Below are positions 13,014 through 25,201 of a DNA stretch of 64,000 nt, in pieces; positions within the stretch are counted from its first letter, which is position 1; every line of letters begins with the position of its first letter. The position numbers were made by a program, and so were the translations under genes. Under the pieces are notes generated by a model. That model was not told the origin of the DNA. It was given only the letters and a program-made list of their open reading frames with translations, and searched no databases. This stretch comes from Sphagnum compactum. Taxonomy: Eukaryota. Location of the stretch: the NCBI GenBank assembly GCA_965153455.1, contig OZ234493.1, forward strand, positions 13,568,213 to 13,632,212, read 5' to 3'.

Positions 13014-16000
13014 CTTGCTCAGTGGTTGCATTCACCGTCTCGGTCCTCAAAAACAACAACAGCAACAACAACAACCGTTCTGCTCTTGCAGGTTTGTGAC
13101 CATTTTTTTTCCCTCCCTCTCTCTCTCTGTCTCTCTTCTCGCCAACAGCTTTTGGCTTGTGTATAGTTCCTCCTCGGTTTGTTGTTGTGGAGCTCGTCAC
13201 GAAGCTCGCTCTTTTACTCGAGATGGGTTTTCTGAACTGTTGATGTTTGCAGAAGAGAAAGGGCCATCAGGTAACGAGGAGGAAGAGGCGGCTCAACATG
13301 TTGAGGAGGGATTCAGCTCTGCGTATGGTGCTCTTCATGATTCAACACAGCAAGAAACCCTGGTACCCATTTATTTGTTCAAGAGCCAGCAGTTGCTTTT
13401 TTTTAATCCTTCCTGCTATTGCAACACCATTGTTGCAGAAGATCAAGACTCAGAAATCAAGCTTTGCCCTCAATCAATCCAGAGTTTTAGGCTCCTCCTC
13501 CTCCTGGAGCTTGCAATCAGCAGTCTATGTCACAGAAGGACAGATGGTTAATTGAGCCAGAAACAAAATAGAGGCAGAAATATCATCATGAATGCAAACA
13601 TTTCTTCTATGCTTTCCTTGATACTCATTCTATAGCAAGAGGAGGTGTGTTTTGTTGACTGATCGATCATCATTAGGATTACATCTGGAGCTGAACATCT
13701 GTGGATGTGTGCATTTGTGCTTGTGCAGGAGGAGGAAGTGAAGCGAGTCATCCCGGATTCACCAGCACGTACTAGTGTTCAAAGTGCGAGTGACTATGGC
13801 AGTCATGATTTGTTGCTGCCTGAATTTGAGGACCTTCTTTCTGCTGGGGAGCTTACTTCTGATTTCAGTCAGGAGTTTAGTGATGGTGCAGATCACAACA
13901 GCAGGGGCCATCATCATGATGATGCAGAGTGTGAACAAGAGGAAGGCTTGGCTGACAACAGGCATGCATGCCCTATAAAGAGAAGAAAAGTTAGGGATGC
14001 AAATGGTTCTGAGACAGGAGATGACGAGAGTGCAGGCACAAGGGATGACGATGGAGGAGACTACCTTATGGACAAATGTATTGATAGCCTTGCAAAGGAT
14101 GCTGATGAACTGCAACTGCTGAGAAGTATGGTGAAGGAATTAAGAGAAAGAGAATTGAGGATGGAAGGAGAGTTGCTTGAGTTCTATGCGCTCCAACTGC
14201 AAGAGAGTAATGTTGCTGAGTTGGAGAGGGGATTGCAGGACAAGACTGTTCAAAATGAGAAGCTCAGATTGCAAATCAGAGAACTAGAGTTGCAGGGGAA
14301 GAAATTGGTTGATGAGCTTGCCAGCGTCGGCAAACTCAAGAAAGACTTGGATGAAGAGCAGGCCAAGAATTGGGAGCTCCAGAAGCAAATCCATAGTCAT
14401 GCAGGAAATGCCAAAGCTGAGCTCTTGATGATGAAACAGAAGCTGCTACTGTTGGAGACAAAAGAGGAAGATGAGAGGAACAAGAGGGAATTCGATCTTG
14501 AAAGGAAGCTGCAATCCCTACGTGAGTTGGAGGTTGAGGTTGTCGAGTTACGGCGTACCAACAAGGAGCTTCAACACCAGAAAAGGGAGCTGACAATCAA
14601 AATAAATGCTGTTGAGACTGAAGTTCAGCATCTGATGAACAGAACCGAGGTGTGTGTGTGTGTTTTTCTATCTGGTCTCTGGCAGATGCTGCCATTGTAA
14701 CATTCTATTTTGAGTGTGAAGTCCATGGGTTTTCCATTTGGTGTTATGTTTGGTCACTTGTTGCAAGTTGCTAGTTTGGAAATCTTCTATGAAAATGCAT
14801 TGATCTCATCCTGAAAGCCATGGCTGCAATCTTCTCCAGAGTGATCTGGTAGCAGAAGCTGAGGCCAGAACAGCTGCTGTGCGCCATGCAAATGAGGACT
14901 TGGCTAAGCAAGTAGAGGGTTTGCAAATGGATCGATTTAGTGAAGTGGAGGAGCTTGTTTACTTGAGGTGGGTGAATGCTTGCCTTCGTTATGAGCTTCG
15001 CAACTACACAGCTCCAGCAGGAAAAACTACTGCACTCGATTTGAGCAACAATTTAAGTCCAAGATCGCAGGAAAGAGCAAAGAAGTTGATGCTCAAGTAT
15101 GCGGCTCCTGATCTCCTGGCCATCAGCACCAAAGATCAGGCTGAAAATGGCTATGAGAGTGCTTCATCTGAAACATCAAGCCGCTCTGAGGGTGGTCCCA
15201 GTGAGTATAATGACTCACCACTTGACTTGGGTCCAGGTGGCATGACCAACAAGAAACCAAGTTTAATTCGACGGCTGAAGAACTGGACAGTGAAGAAGGA
15301 TGATGGATTGGACCTTTCCAGTGCAAGATCATTGCAGGACAGAGAGAGAAGTTTCAGCAGCCTAAGTGACCCTACACATGGCAGGAAATACAGTGCATCG
15401 AAGCCACCTTTGGAAGCTTTGATCCTCAGGAATGCAAGTGATGCAGTAGAGATCACATCATACGGGGCCGAGAAACCTGACAAACAAGATCTGGGCAGTG
15501 CTTCGCCCACAATGTCAATATCAGATTCTTCATCAATCGATGGAGGCAATGCTGCTGCTGCTGCAACATCTGATACATTACCAAACTCCCAATCAAACCT
15601 CCCTCCTCTTGTTAGGAAGAAATCAGCAGGAGATGTATTCAGTGGGGTGGCGGCATCCTTCCAACTTATGTCAAAGTCAGTAGCTCCAGAGATAGCAGAG
15701 AAGTACCCAGCCTTCAAAGACCGTCGCAAAGCAGCCATTGAGAGGGAGAAAGTCATCAAAGAGAAGGCGAAGGTGGAGAGGGAGAAAGCAATCAATACAA
15801 AGCCACATGAGAGGGTTCATTTCAGGATCCAAGAGATGCCAAAGCTACAGCAAATACCTGCTCGTAAGCGGGTGGAAGCAATCAAACCGTTAACGCCTGC
15901 AGAGGTGGAGAAGAGGCCTCTTAGGGTTGCAACTCCTCCTCCCAAGCCATCTGATCCTGTGGTTGGCCTAGCCACTGGGTCTCACATTCACAGGGGTCCT

Positions 16001-17975
16001 GGGGTTACTCCACCTCCGCCTCCTCCTCCTCCTCCTCCCCCACCAAGACCTGGTGTACCTGGGGCACCTCCACTACCTCCACCACCTCCACCAATGGGGG
16101 GTGGCTTGGGAAATTTGCAGGGGAAGAACAAAGACAACATGCACAGGGCCCCAGAGGTGGTTGAGTTCTACCAGTCACTGATGAAGCGTGATGTTAAAAG
16201 CACTGGTGGTGGAATCAGTGGGAATGACATAAACCCAGATGCACGCAACAACATGATTGGCGAAATTGAGAACCGGTCTACACATCTCTTGGCTGTAAGT
16301 ATATCCGTTGCCATTTGTAGCTCTTCGCAGAAGCTTTTGATTCCACTTTACCCAGGTGTGAGGGTTAGATGTTAGGCTTTGTCTCCAGGTCCTTCCTTCA
16401 GCAAGAGCTGTCTGGGGATATCAGTAGTCATCGAAAGGGTTGGTGATCTGAAGATTTTTCATTGTTTATGGTGATACATTGAGAGACTTTACTTCCTGGC
16501 CTTTACAGATCAAGGCAGATGTTGAGACACAAGGAGAGTTTGTGCAATCACTAGCAGCTGCAGTACACACTGCTTTTTACACCAACATTGAAGATGTCAT
16601 TGCCTTTGTCACATGGCTTGATAATGAGCTTTCTTTCCTGGTATGGATACAGAACACATCACTTAACCAATTGCTAAACGCTAAACCCATTAACTCATCT
16701 TTTAGTGGATTTCTCTTCTTCCTTTCCAAATGAAAATATTAGCAGGGGTTGTTTCATCATGTTCTTGCTCCCTTTCATCATGTCATTGCTCCCAATATGA
16801 GCATGTCCATTCAGAAGCAGTTGAATCATAAACTGTCTGTACTCTGGGGAATTCGATTATGCAGGTGGATGAAAGAGCAGTGTTGAAGCACTTTGACTGG
16901 CCAGAAGGTAAAGCAGATGCCTTCCGAGAAGCTTCATTTGAGTACCAGGATTTAATGAAGCTGCATGCCGAAGTGTCATTGTTTGAAGATGATCCAGGAA
17001 TGCCTTGTGAAAAGGCTCTCCGGAGGATGTTGACCACCCTAGAGAAGTAAGTCTTACTGTTTTTAAGCTCCTCTATGAGGTTGTTGAGGCCATGGTCAAG
17101 TCGTCCAACCAACCTATCCTGTCTGTTGCTAAGAAGATACAATTTGCATGTTCATCACATACAAGTTTGTCTGTTTCCCAATTTTTTTTCTGCCTCTAGG
17201 TAGTATCCATTCTTATTAGCTCATTGGCATCTCATTGGTGAAATATTATGCATGCAGAGTGGAGCATAATATCTATGGGTTGCTGCGGACGAGGGATATG
17301 GCAATTGCTCGCTATAAAGAGTTTGGTATACCCACACAATGGATGCTTGACTCAGGAGTAGTTGGAAAGGTATTACTCATTTCTTTGAGGGTGGTGGAGC
17401 TCATGCACAGTTGGATACCTTTTATTGTCTTGTTTTGGTTTGTAAGACCGCTGATGTAAATGGGTGTTGTTGTGGGTGGGGAACCAGAGCAACTGGATTT
17501 TTAACTTACAAAATTGTGTGTTTGGATGTGGCAACAGATCAAGGTAGCATCAGTGAAGTTAGCACGTGTGTATATGACAAGAGTTGCTGCAGAGTTAGAG
17601 CATTTAGCTGGCTCTGACAGGGAGCCTGTGCGTGAGTTCCTGTTGCTGCAAGGAGTTCGATTTGCTTTCCGTGTTCACCAGGTACAGAATTGCTTTCTCT
17701 CTTTCTGAGTTATCAAATTCAAAGCGATCCAATCGAGTGCTCAACTACTAGCTTTCATAATTTCTTACTTTCTCTAGTTAGAAACTCAACAATGCCCAAT
17801 TTTTTTTGCTGAGAAATGTACTGTGTGTGCCTACCATAACTAACAAGGAGGAGCTCTTGAAACCATGCTTGTGCAGTTTGCAGGTGGATTCGACCCTGAG
17901 AGTATGAGAGCATTTGAGGCTTTAAGGGATTGTGCCCATGTTTCCAACAAAAGTGCAACGGGTGATGTGGGATGA
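12986..17975 (+). CDS. CHUP1: CHLOROPLAST UNUSUAL POSITIONING 1 (chloroplast outer-envelope actin regulator), 9 coding exons
   Basis: Inferred exons: 12986-13091, 13253-13362, 13729-14649, 14840-16294, 16509-16640, 16865-17046, 17258-17369, 17538-17681, 17877-17975; all GT-AG and phase-consistent. Hydrophobic N-terminus MLLRVGLAVTCSVVAFTVSVLK, coiled coil, QVEGLQMDRFSEVEELVYLRWVNACLRYELRNY, proline-rich region, RAPEVVEFYQSLMKRD, VDERAVLKHFDWPEGKADA, LQGVRFAFRVHQFAGGFD. Confidence 0.96.
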
Positions 17976-19916
17976 GTTCATTAAGTTTCTCCCTGCTGCA
18001 CTTTCCTGACCTAACCCAATATTCGTATTCAGTTTTCTGCCGTTTGTTAACCATGAAATGCTCGTGACCCTAAATTCTTGGTGTTTTTACAAGTGCTTGC
18101 CTGTCATTACTTGATCAACACCCAGCTTTCAATTAATTTGTAGACAAGGAGAATTCACAGGTGGATCTCAACCTTGTTAGATGGTCACAACTGGTGTAAA
18201 AAGCTACCCTTCTGTAGGCCAAATTTGGGACCCATGGAGCATTTATTGTTAACTTTCGTTCATTGGAAAAAGAGGATAGGGTTCTTCATTATTTTCTCCC
18301 TCCATAGGACCAAGGGGGCTTTATGCAAGGAGAAAGAATCTTCAGTAAGTATGTTCAGTGCCTCTGTATGATATGCTTAGGTTCGGGAAGTTGCAGCCTG
18401 CAAGTATCATGATTTTGATACTGAAAAAATCATGTGAATTCCCTGTTTCAGTACAAGAACTGAAATTGAATAAGTTTACAAACACTTTGTAAACTTTGTT
18501 TTAAGAATGTTTGGTGTCGTGCTGCATGCACAGATTCTTTTTAATCTGTGGTAGAGACAAATGTTGGGAAGGGTGAAGTGATTTTTGCCTACCCACACAG
18601 GGTATGATTTTTTTCAACATTACCCTCTGGGTACATGAATTGTGCTGGAACTTTGCCTTCAAATTAAGGACATTGTGTGTTGATTGTTGCCATCAGACTA
18701 GTGAGCATAAGGATAAAATAAGTGTAGTCAGGCTACAGGTTTTTACCCCATTGATACCCCACCCCAGGGCAGATATGAAGGATGGGGTAAATTGGTGGTA
18801 GCGCTTGAAATTGAACAAAAGCATGTTGCAATAGTGGAATTGGAATGATGGGTACCTTTCACCCTAGGGACCCATCAGGGTCTGGTTTGCAGAGTCCCTG
18901 AGTCTTCAAGCAATAAACACTGCTTCTGTTCTTCCCTGCCATCCCAAATGCAATATGTACCATAATCTGTGGATCCACACTTATTTTAGAGCTTGTATTG
19001 CAACTTAAAGCTGCAGACAAGATAAATCGTTTCAGTAGTACACATGCAAAAAGTTGTGGGTTTCTTCATTTGATGTTTGCTTTTTCACACTTACTGTCAT
19101 CTCCATTCTATATCCATCCTGTTAAAAGTTCTTGCTCTTTTGGTCTGCAACTGTCTATGTAGTACTTTTTGCTCTCAGCACACATAAATTGCTTGCTGCA
19201 AACTCAAAACCTGTGCATTGTGCATTGCATCACTGACTTTTCCTTGTGATCTCAACTACGTGGGCTGGCTGGAAAATTATACAAAGACCAATGCAACTTC
19301 AAGGAATTGTTTGATGTCTGCAAACCCTATGCCTCCTTGCACAAACTGAACTTTTGATGTAATAAAGTACAAGTTTGAAGACAACTCTCCCATCAGCAAT
19401 GCATGTGAAATTCACTCCGTACCTTCCATATTGTAGAGGGAAAATTGATCCCCCAGCTGCCATTCCAAGATAATGAAGTGCTCTGCTCCTTGTAGCTCCA
19501 AGTTGTACAGGAATAAAAGAAACTGGAGATGATGGTCACAAAAACACTCCTCCCAATTCTGTGTACAGGCATCTTTTGTCTCTTTGCTAACCAGGCTTCT
19601 TCACTTGGCTGACCCCTTACAACACAGTGAACGACTGGCTAAACTGGACTCCATGACTTCCAAAGAACCCTGAATCATAAAGACCTACTGAGAATGGTTA
19701 AGTCAGGAGCAAGGGCAAAAAGCAGCTGGTATGCATGCATGTATTTAGCTGCAGCTTATTTCAATATGAAAAAACTCATTACACCTCAAGATCCCGAATT
19801 CACTTCTGACCCAAATCCTAAACCCTAAACCTTCAATCTTCAACCCTGAACTGTAATTTAACCTTGTGTCAAAATGAGAAGAATTGTGGTACATCACTCA
19901 CAAATCAGGCACATTA

Positions 19917-21323
19917 CTATCTGCCACCATTCACAGCTCGTTTCCAAACAATCACCACGCCTTCACAATCTGAGGACACCAATAAATTTTCACCATGATT
20001 CCATGCCACCCCGACCACTGGCACTCTATGTCCCTGCAGCTTGTTTACACAAGGATGCTTTGGACGGGTAAAATCATAGAAGTAAACATTCGCATCCTCA
20101 TGCCCTGACACAATAAATTCCCCATGTTGCAATGAGAGAAGAGGGCAAAAAGAGGCCCGGATATTCCTTGCCCTGGGAGGGAGCTGGAGGGAGCACCTCA
20201 GCGAAAGATAACCCTCAATACGCAATGCAATACCAAAGAAGCGAATCAGGCCATCTTGACTTGCAACCAATAAGACTGGCCCCGCAGCTAAACGTGAAAA
20301 GGTCCGAAACTGGACAGTAGTGGTGGATGACTTATGTACACCAGTCATTCCTGTCTTGTGCGAATGCCGCATAACAAAATCACCATTGTGCATTTGCAAG
20401 CTTACACTGTGTATGCAACCCTTTGCATCTCCTGCAAACAGAATGTGACCCGAGTGATCAATGTCCATGGCTGTGACATTGCTATCAAGAGACAGTTTCT
20501 GTATGATCCGGCCCGTGCTGAAGTTGAACACACTAATCTCCTTACTCCCATTTCCAACTAGAAGAAAGTTGTTGTTGACAGGATGGAAGTGAACACAAAG
20601 CTGAGGAGCAGAACCATAAATCACACGCAGACAGTCACCCTTCTTCACATCCCACACTCGCACACTTTTGTCCATTGATGCCGAGCTCAAGTAATGGTTG
20701 CTTAAAGAGAAGTCCAAATCCGTAACTTCTTTAGTGTGTCCTTTCAAGTGATGGAGAATACGGGGAGGCTGGCTGACGTTACAGAGCATTATGAGACCAT
20801 TTGAGGCAGCAAATGACAATAAATCGGAGCTCATGTGCCCAAACTTGACAACATTCACCGAGGCTTTACAATCATCGAAAATGCAATGCATGCCAACAAA
20901 CGAATATCCTGGTTCAGCAGGGATCTCTGAACCACCAGATTCACTTACAGTGCTTCCTCCTCTGCTAGAACTCCAGCTTCCTCTCTCATAAGCAGTCCAT
21001 GGTCCACGATCAGAAGCCCCTTGTCCACTCACTGGACTTGATGGTTGAGATTTATCCAAGACCTTGAGATGCTGCATGTATTTGTGGAAAGCAACATATC
21101 CCCTCCCATTCAATTCCCATCCTTGCCGTAAGAGGTTGCCCCCAAGAGCCTTCCGGTAAAGGAGAAGGCGACGCATGGCAACTCGAGGGTGGTTGGCACC
21201 ATTTCCAGGTTCCAGAAGTGCTGCATAGACCATTGCCGCATGGTTGGGCTTTATGCTCATTGTGCTTGTGGATGGTAATGATGAAGTCTCACTATACAAT
21301 TCCAAATTCTTCTCTGAATCCAT
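19917..21323 (-). CDS. WD40-repeat protein, WDR13-like; coding region intronless
   Basis: ORF 19917..21326 (GTG start in the track; first ATG at 21323). YSFVGMHCIFDDCKASVNVVKFGHMSSDLL, GHTKEVTDLDFS..SASMDKSVRVWD, IRASFCPLLSL..GEFIVSGHEDANVYFYDFTRPKHPCVNKLQGH..VIVWKR match the WDR13 family as I recall it. Confidence 0.85.
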   Translation of the reverse strand: MDSEKNLELYSETSSLPSTSTMSIKPNHAAMVYAALLEPGNGANHPRVAMRRLLLYRKALGGNLLRQGWELNGRGYVAFHKYMQHLKVLDKSQPSSPVSGQGASDRGPWTAYERGSWSSSRGGSTVSESGGSEIPAEPGYSFVGMHCIFDDCKASVNVVKFGHMSSDLLSFAASNGLIMLCNVSQPPRILHHLKGHTKEVTDLDFSLSNHYLSSASMDKSVRVWDVKKGDCLRVIYGSAPQLCVHFHPVNNNFLLVGNGSKEISVFNFSTGRIIQKLSLDSNVTAMDIDHSGHILFAGDAKGCIHSVSLQMHNGDFVMRHSHKTGMTGVHKSSTTTVQFRTFSRLAAGPVLLVASQDGLIRFFGIALRIEGYLSLRCSLQLPPRARNIRASFCPLLSLQHGEFIVSGHEDANVYFYDFTRPKHPCVNKLQGHRVPVVGVAWNHGENLLVSSDCEGVVIVWKRAVNGGR

Positions 21324-21814
21324 CACCAGAGAGAGTTTCTTACTGGTTCAATCTGGCTCTGATCTTGTCTCGCTTCACAACTGCTTCATCTGCAAAAGGA
21401 GGAGATCATAAATTAAGAGAAACTATGACTGCTAATTCCTCTTCCATGCGACCAAGATGCTCAAGAATCTGAGAAAGAACTTCATATTTGGATCATTCTA
21501 TCTCGAGCAATTTTTGCCTCCCTCTTTGCTATTCATCTGCTGCATCTATAATGAGCCTTCCCTTATGAGATTCTTTCAACACACTCAGCAATTCTGGTTT
21601 CCAGATATATCAGAAGCAAAGATGCTGGGAGCTTCTTAAGCTCTCTTGAGCACAAGCTAAAGTTGAAAAACTCTCCAAAATTCTAAGGAAAACTGCATGT
21701 CACATTTCTCAGACATTGGAAACTGGACCTCTTTCCTCTGATATGCAAACACAAACAGCAGCAGCAGAGGCAAAACATCACAAGAGAGAAGAAACACTAC
21801 TAACAAACTAGGTA

Positions 21815-22438
21815 TGTACTCTGAGACCCAATTGCTACAAACTCTTCTTGACCTAATCTGCACAGTTTCTGCACAAGAAGAAATGATTTGATTCTGAGAA
21901 TGATTTGATGTTCACAATGAAAGACTGGTTGCATGAACTACATAATCACCAAGCTAAGATTTAGTACTCTGAGGACCGAGTCGGACCCAATTGCTACATA
22001 CTCTTCTTGACCTAATCTGCATAGTTTCTGCACAAGAAGAATGTTTTGATTCTGAGAATGATTGGATCTTTACAGTGAAAAACTGGTTGCACGAACTACA
22101 ACATGATCACCAAGCTAAGATTTACTACTCTGAGGACTGAGTTAGAACCAATTGCTACATACTCTTCTTAACCTAATCCGCATAGTTTCTGCACAAGAAG
22201 AGCGGATTTGATTCTGAGAATGATTCGATCTTCACAATGAAGAACTGGCTGCATGAACTACAACATGATCACCAAGCTAAGATTTAGTACTCTGAGATCC
22301 AATTGCTACATTACTCTTCTTGACCTAACCCGCATAGTGTCTGCACAAGAAGAATGGATTTGATTCCGAGAATGATTGGATCTTCACAATGAAAAAGTGG
22401 TTGCATGAACTACAACATGATCACCCAAGCTAAGATTT
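21815..22438. repeat. Tandem repeat, 4 x ~155-160 bp, upstream of the WDR13-like CDS (probably in a 5'UTR intron)
   Basis: CCAATTGCTACA.ACTCTTCTTGACCTAATC.GCA.AGTTTCTGCACAAGAAGA...GAACTACA..ATCACCAAGCTAAGATTT repeats at ~21828, ~21987, ~22148 and ~22299. Confidence 0.9.
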
Positions 22439-25201
22439 GCTGCTATCATGATTTCGGATGTTGTGAAGAAAGATCCAGCTTACAGAGAACCAGAGGATGG
22501 AGAAAGCCAAGATCTGCCGATCAGTATGAGAATCGTGACCGAGAGTAGCAACCCCAATAATGGGTGGCAGCGGCTTTCATCGTAACTCATCATCAAAAAA
22601 TCTCGCTCTCGACTTTCTCGAGCCGCAACATAAACACCCACACCCACCACCCGAGCTACCCAGATTCTTCCAAACTACTTCAAGCAAAGTTAAGTTCCGT
22701 TCCGCCGCTCAAACTCTCTTAAGAGGAAAGAAAAAATCCGCAGTTGCTTGCACTACCCACAGGATGTTTTCTATACACAAAAAATGCTCGGAGCCATGAA
22801 ACCATTATTGCAATAAAATTCTCGATCGGCTTCTTCTTCTTCTTGTTTTTCTTCAGCTTCTTCTTGTTCTTGATCTTATTCCGGCTTCTTCTTCTGCTTC
22901 CACAAAACAGAGATTGTGCACAGAGAATAAACCACTCTGTTCTATGGAATCGTCACAAAATCTTACAAACAACAGATTGTTCTCGGAATTCTTTTTCTGC
23001 AAAGAAGAAAACACTGGATAGTCTTTACCACTGTTGGGCGGTTCTCTCTCTCTCTCATAATAGCAGTCCCTGGCTATTATTGCACAGTAGGCTACCTCAG
23101 GATTTTGCTCTTTCTGTACTAACGATGTTTCGCACATCTTGTGTGGAATGAGTGCACTGCTTAGATGAAACAGTGATGGCACATTTTGTGTAGAATGAGT
23201 GCACCACTTAGACTAAACATACGATGTAAAGGTTCAGCAAAAATCACCAAAAATGGAATTGTCTTGCTCTATGTTGAAGCATTCGTTACAAGTTATGTAC
23301 TTAAACCATCTGAACACATGTTACTGACAAGAGATGAAGCGAGCCTAGCTCCACACATCAAGTTTGGTAAACTCATGGAATGGATATATGGTATACTATA
23401 TGATATGGAATATATCAAGTTGGTAAACCATGGAATCGATAGCCATATGTAGTCATGCATAATCAGGCTAGGCAGTACGGGAATTAAAAGTGTTCAAACT
23501 TGATGAAGAAGATGGAATATCCAGAACAAAGATATCAAATCAGGAGGCTCATCATTCCAAGGTCAGAAAAACAAATGAATCGTAAAACTCATGAAGCTGC
23601 TCCTGCAGTACTTCTGAGGACAGAAAACTCTCCAACCTTCCTGAAGAAAACTGATAAGGATAGCATGACATGGATAAAGGAGTCCCAGAATGAAAGAAAG
23701 TTTCGGTTATGTTCTGAACCCATGCAGACAGGACATCTAATTCTCCTCATGGCTGAAGACTGTACGAGAGGGTTCTAGAAACCCAGGTCTAGAAACCTTC
23801 CAGAAACCCATTTCTAGACACCACTGATTTCAATCTAGAGACATGTGAGGATTAAAGATGGCATACAAAATGCTAAATGCTTTCTGAACATTTCTGAGCA
23901 ACACAAATGGCTCCATTGAAACACGTGTCTGGGTAAATAAATGAGCAATCTACTTACATGAATTGAGATGGATATCCAGCTCTCGTTTATGGCCTGCATA
24001 GAAGAACTGCTATCATCAACTGGGGAGCAGTTAACTGACAAATATGTGGTGAAATCATGGTACATTGTACAACAGTTTCCCTGACTTTGAAAGTCATTTT
24101 CTTGCCCTAGTTTTTCCAATGTTCTACTGTTTTCCAGTTGAACCTTAAAAAACAGTGGTAAACCTAGACTTGACATTTCAGTTCAACCAAAAACCCCGCA
24201 AAAAATGATTTCCTCATGTGCGCAAGGCTTGTGCAATGTTGTACTGACAACTGCAATCCAAGAAAAGCCATAGTGACAAAAAAAAGCCTGGCTTTGGAAC
24301 TAGGTGCATGATCTAATCAAGTAGTGCACTTCTGTAGACTCAGACTACAGCATTCTTTCTTCTGTCCACAGTATGTTGGGCACTGTTGACAGGCACAAAA
24401 GAACTACCAAATCCAACAATAGGATGGCACCAGGATTCCTGGCTTCTTCTTACAGGCCCAAGTTAGCTTCAGAATTTGTCACAACACAGGCTAATCTTCA
24501 AAACCAAGAATGCTCTACAGAAGAATCCAATTGTTCTCACTGCCTCGAAGCACTTGTTCAAGTCAATAATGAGGTCCATACTCCATACTTTGCAGCAAAC
24601 CTAACATAGGTTTTAAAAGGAGCCACAATACCATTGTTGTATTGTTGTTATACAAAGCACAAGGCCTTCTATGACCACCCTGCCTGTAAAAGAGCATGGT
24701 GCAAGAATCAGTAACCCTAATTTTCACCCCAACCTGGATGTCCTTACACTTCAATTATGCTCCTCCTGATAAGAAAAACATAGAGAACTCAGAACCAACA
24801 ATCACCTAATAGACCACAATTTAAGATGTTTAGAAGTCAAAGCCCCTTCAAACTTCCGACGTTTGAAAATCATGCTCTAAAGTGATAACAATGCTCAGGA
24901 ATGGGCCTACAACTGGTGATTCCATTTAGTTTGAATCTCATAAATACAGATGCATACTGGGGTGCTGATTCAGCAACTCTTGTATGCAACTGATTTATAG
25001 CTCACTATATCTGGAATCAAACATGAGTATGTCCAAATTCATCTGAAAGGTGGTGTCAGATGAATGAAGGGTAGGGTGGGTCTTCCAGTAAAATGTGAAC
25101 TAGTCCAACAACCTGTGCATGACATCATATCTATCTGGAGCTAATCATGGTAGGAGCAAGAGACAGGACAGGGTGAGAATACTGACCAAGCATGTGACAG
25201 G

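Noticed and set aside
21815-22438. Regular repeats considered as a CRISPR-like array (also 53250-53692)
   Set aside because: Whole units repeat with no unique spacers; eukaryotic context and no cas genes.
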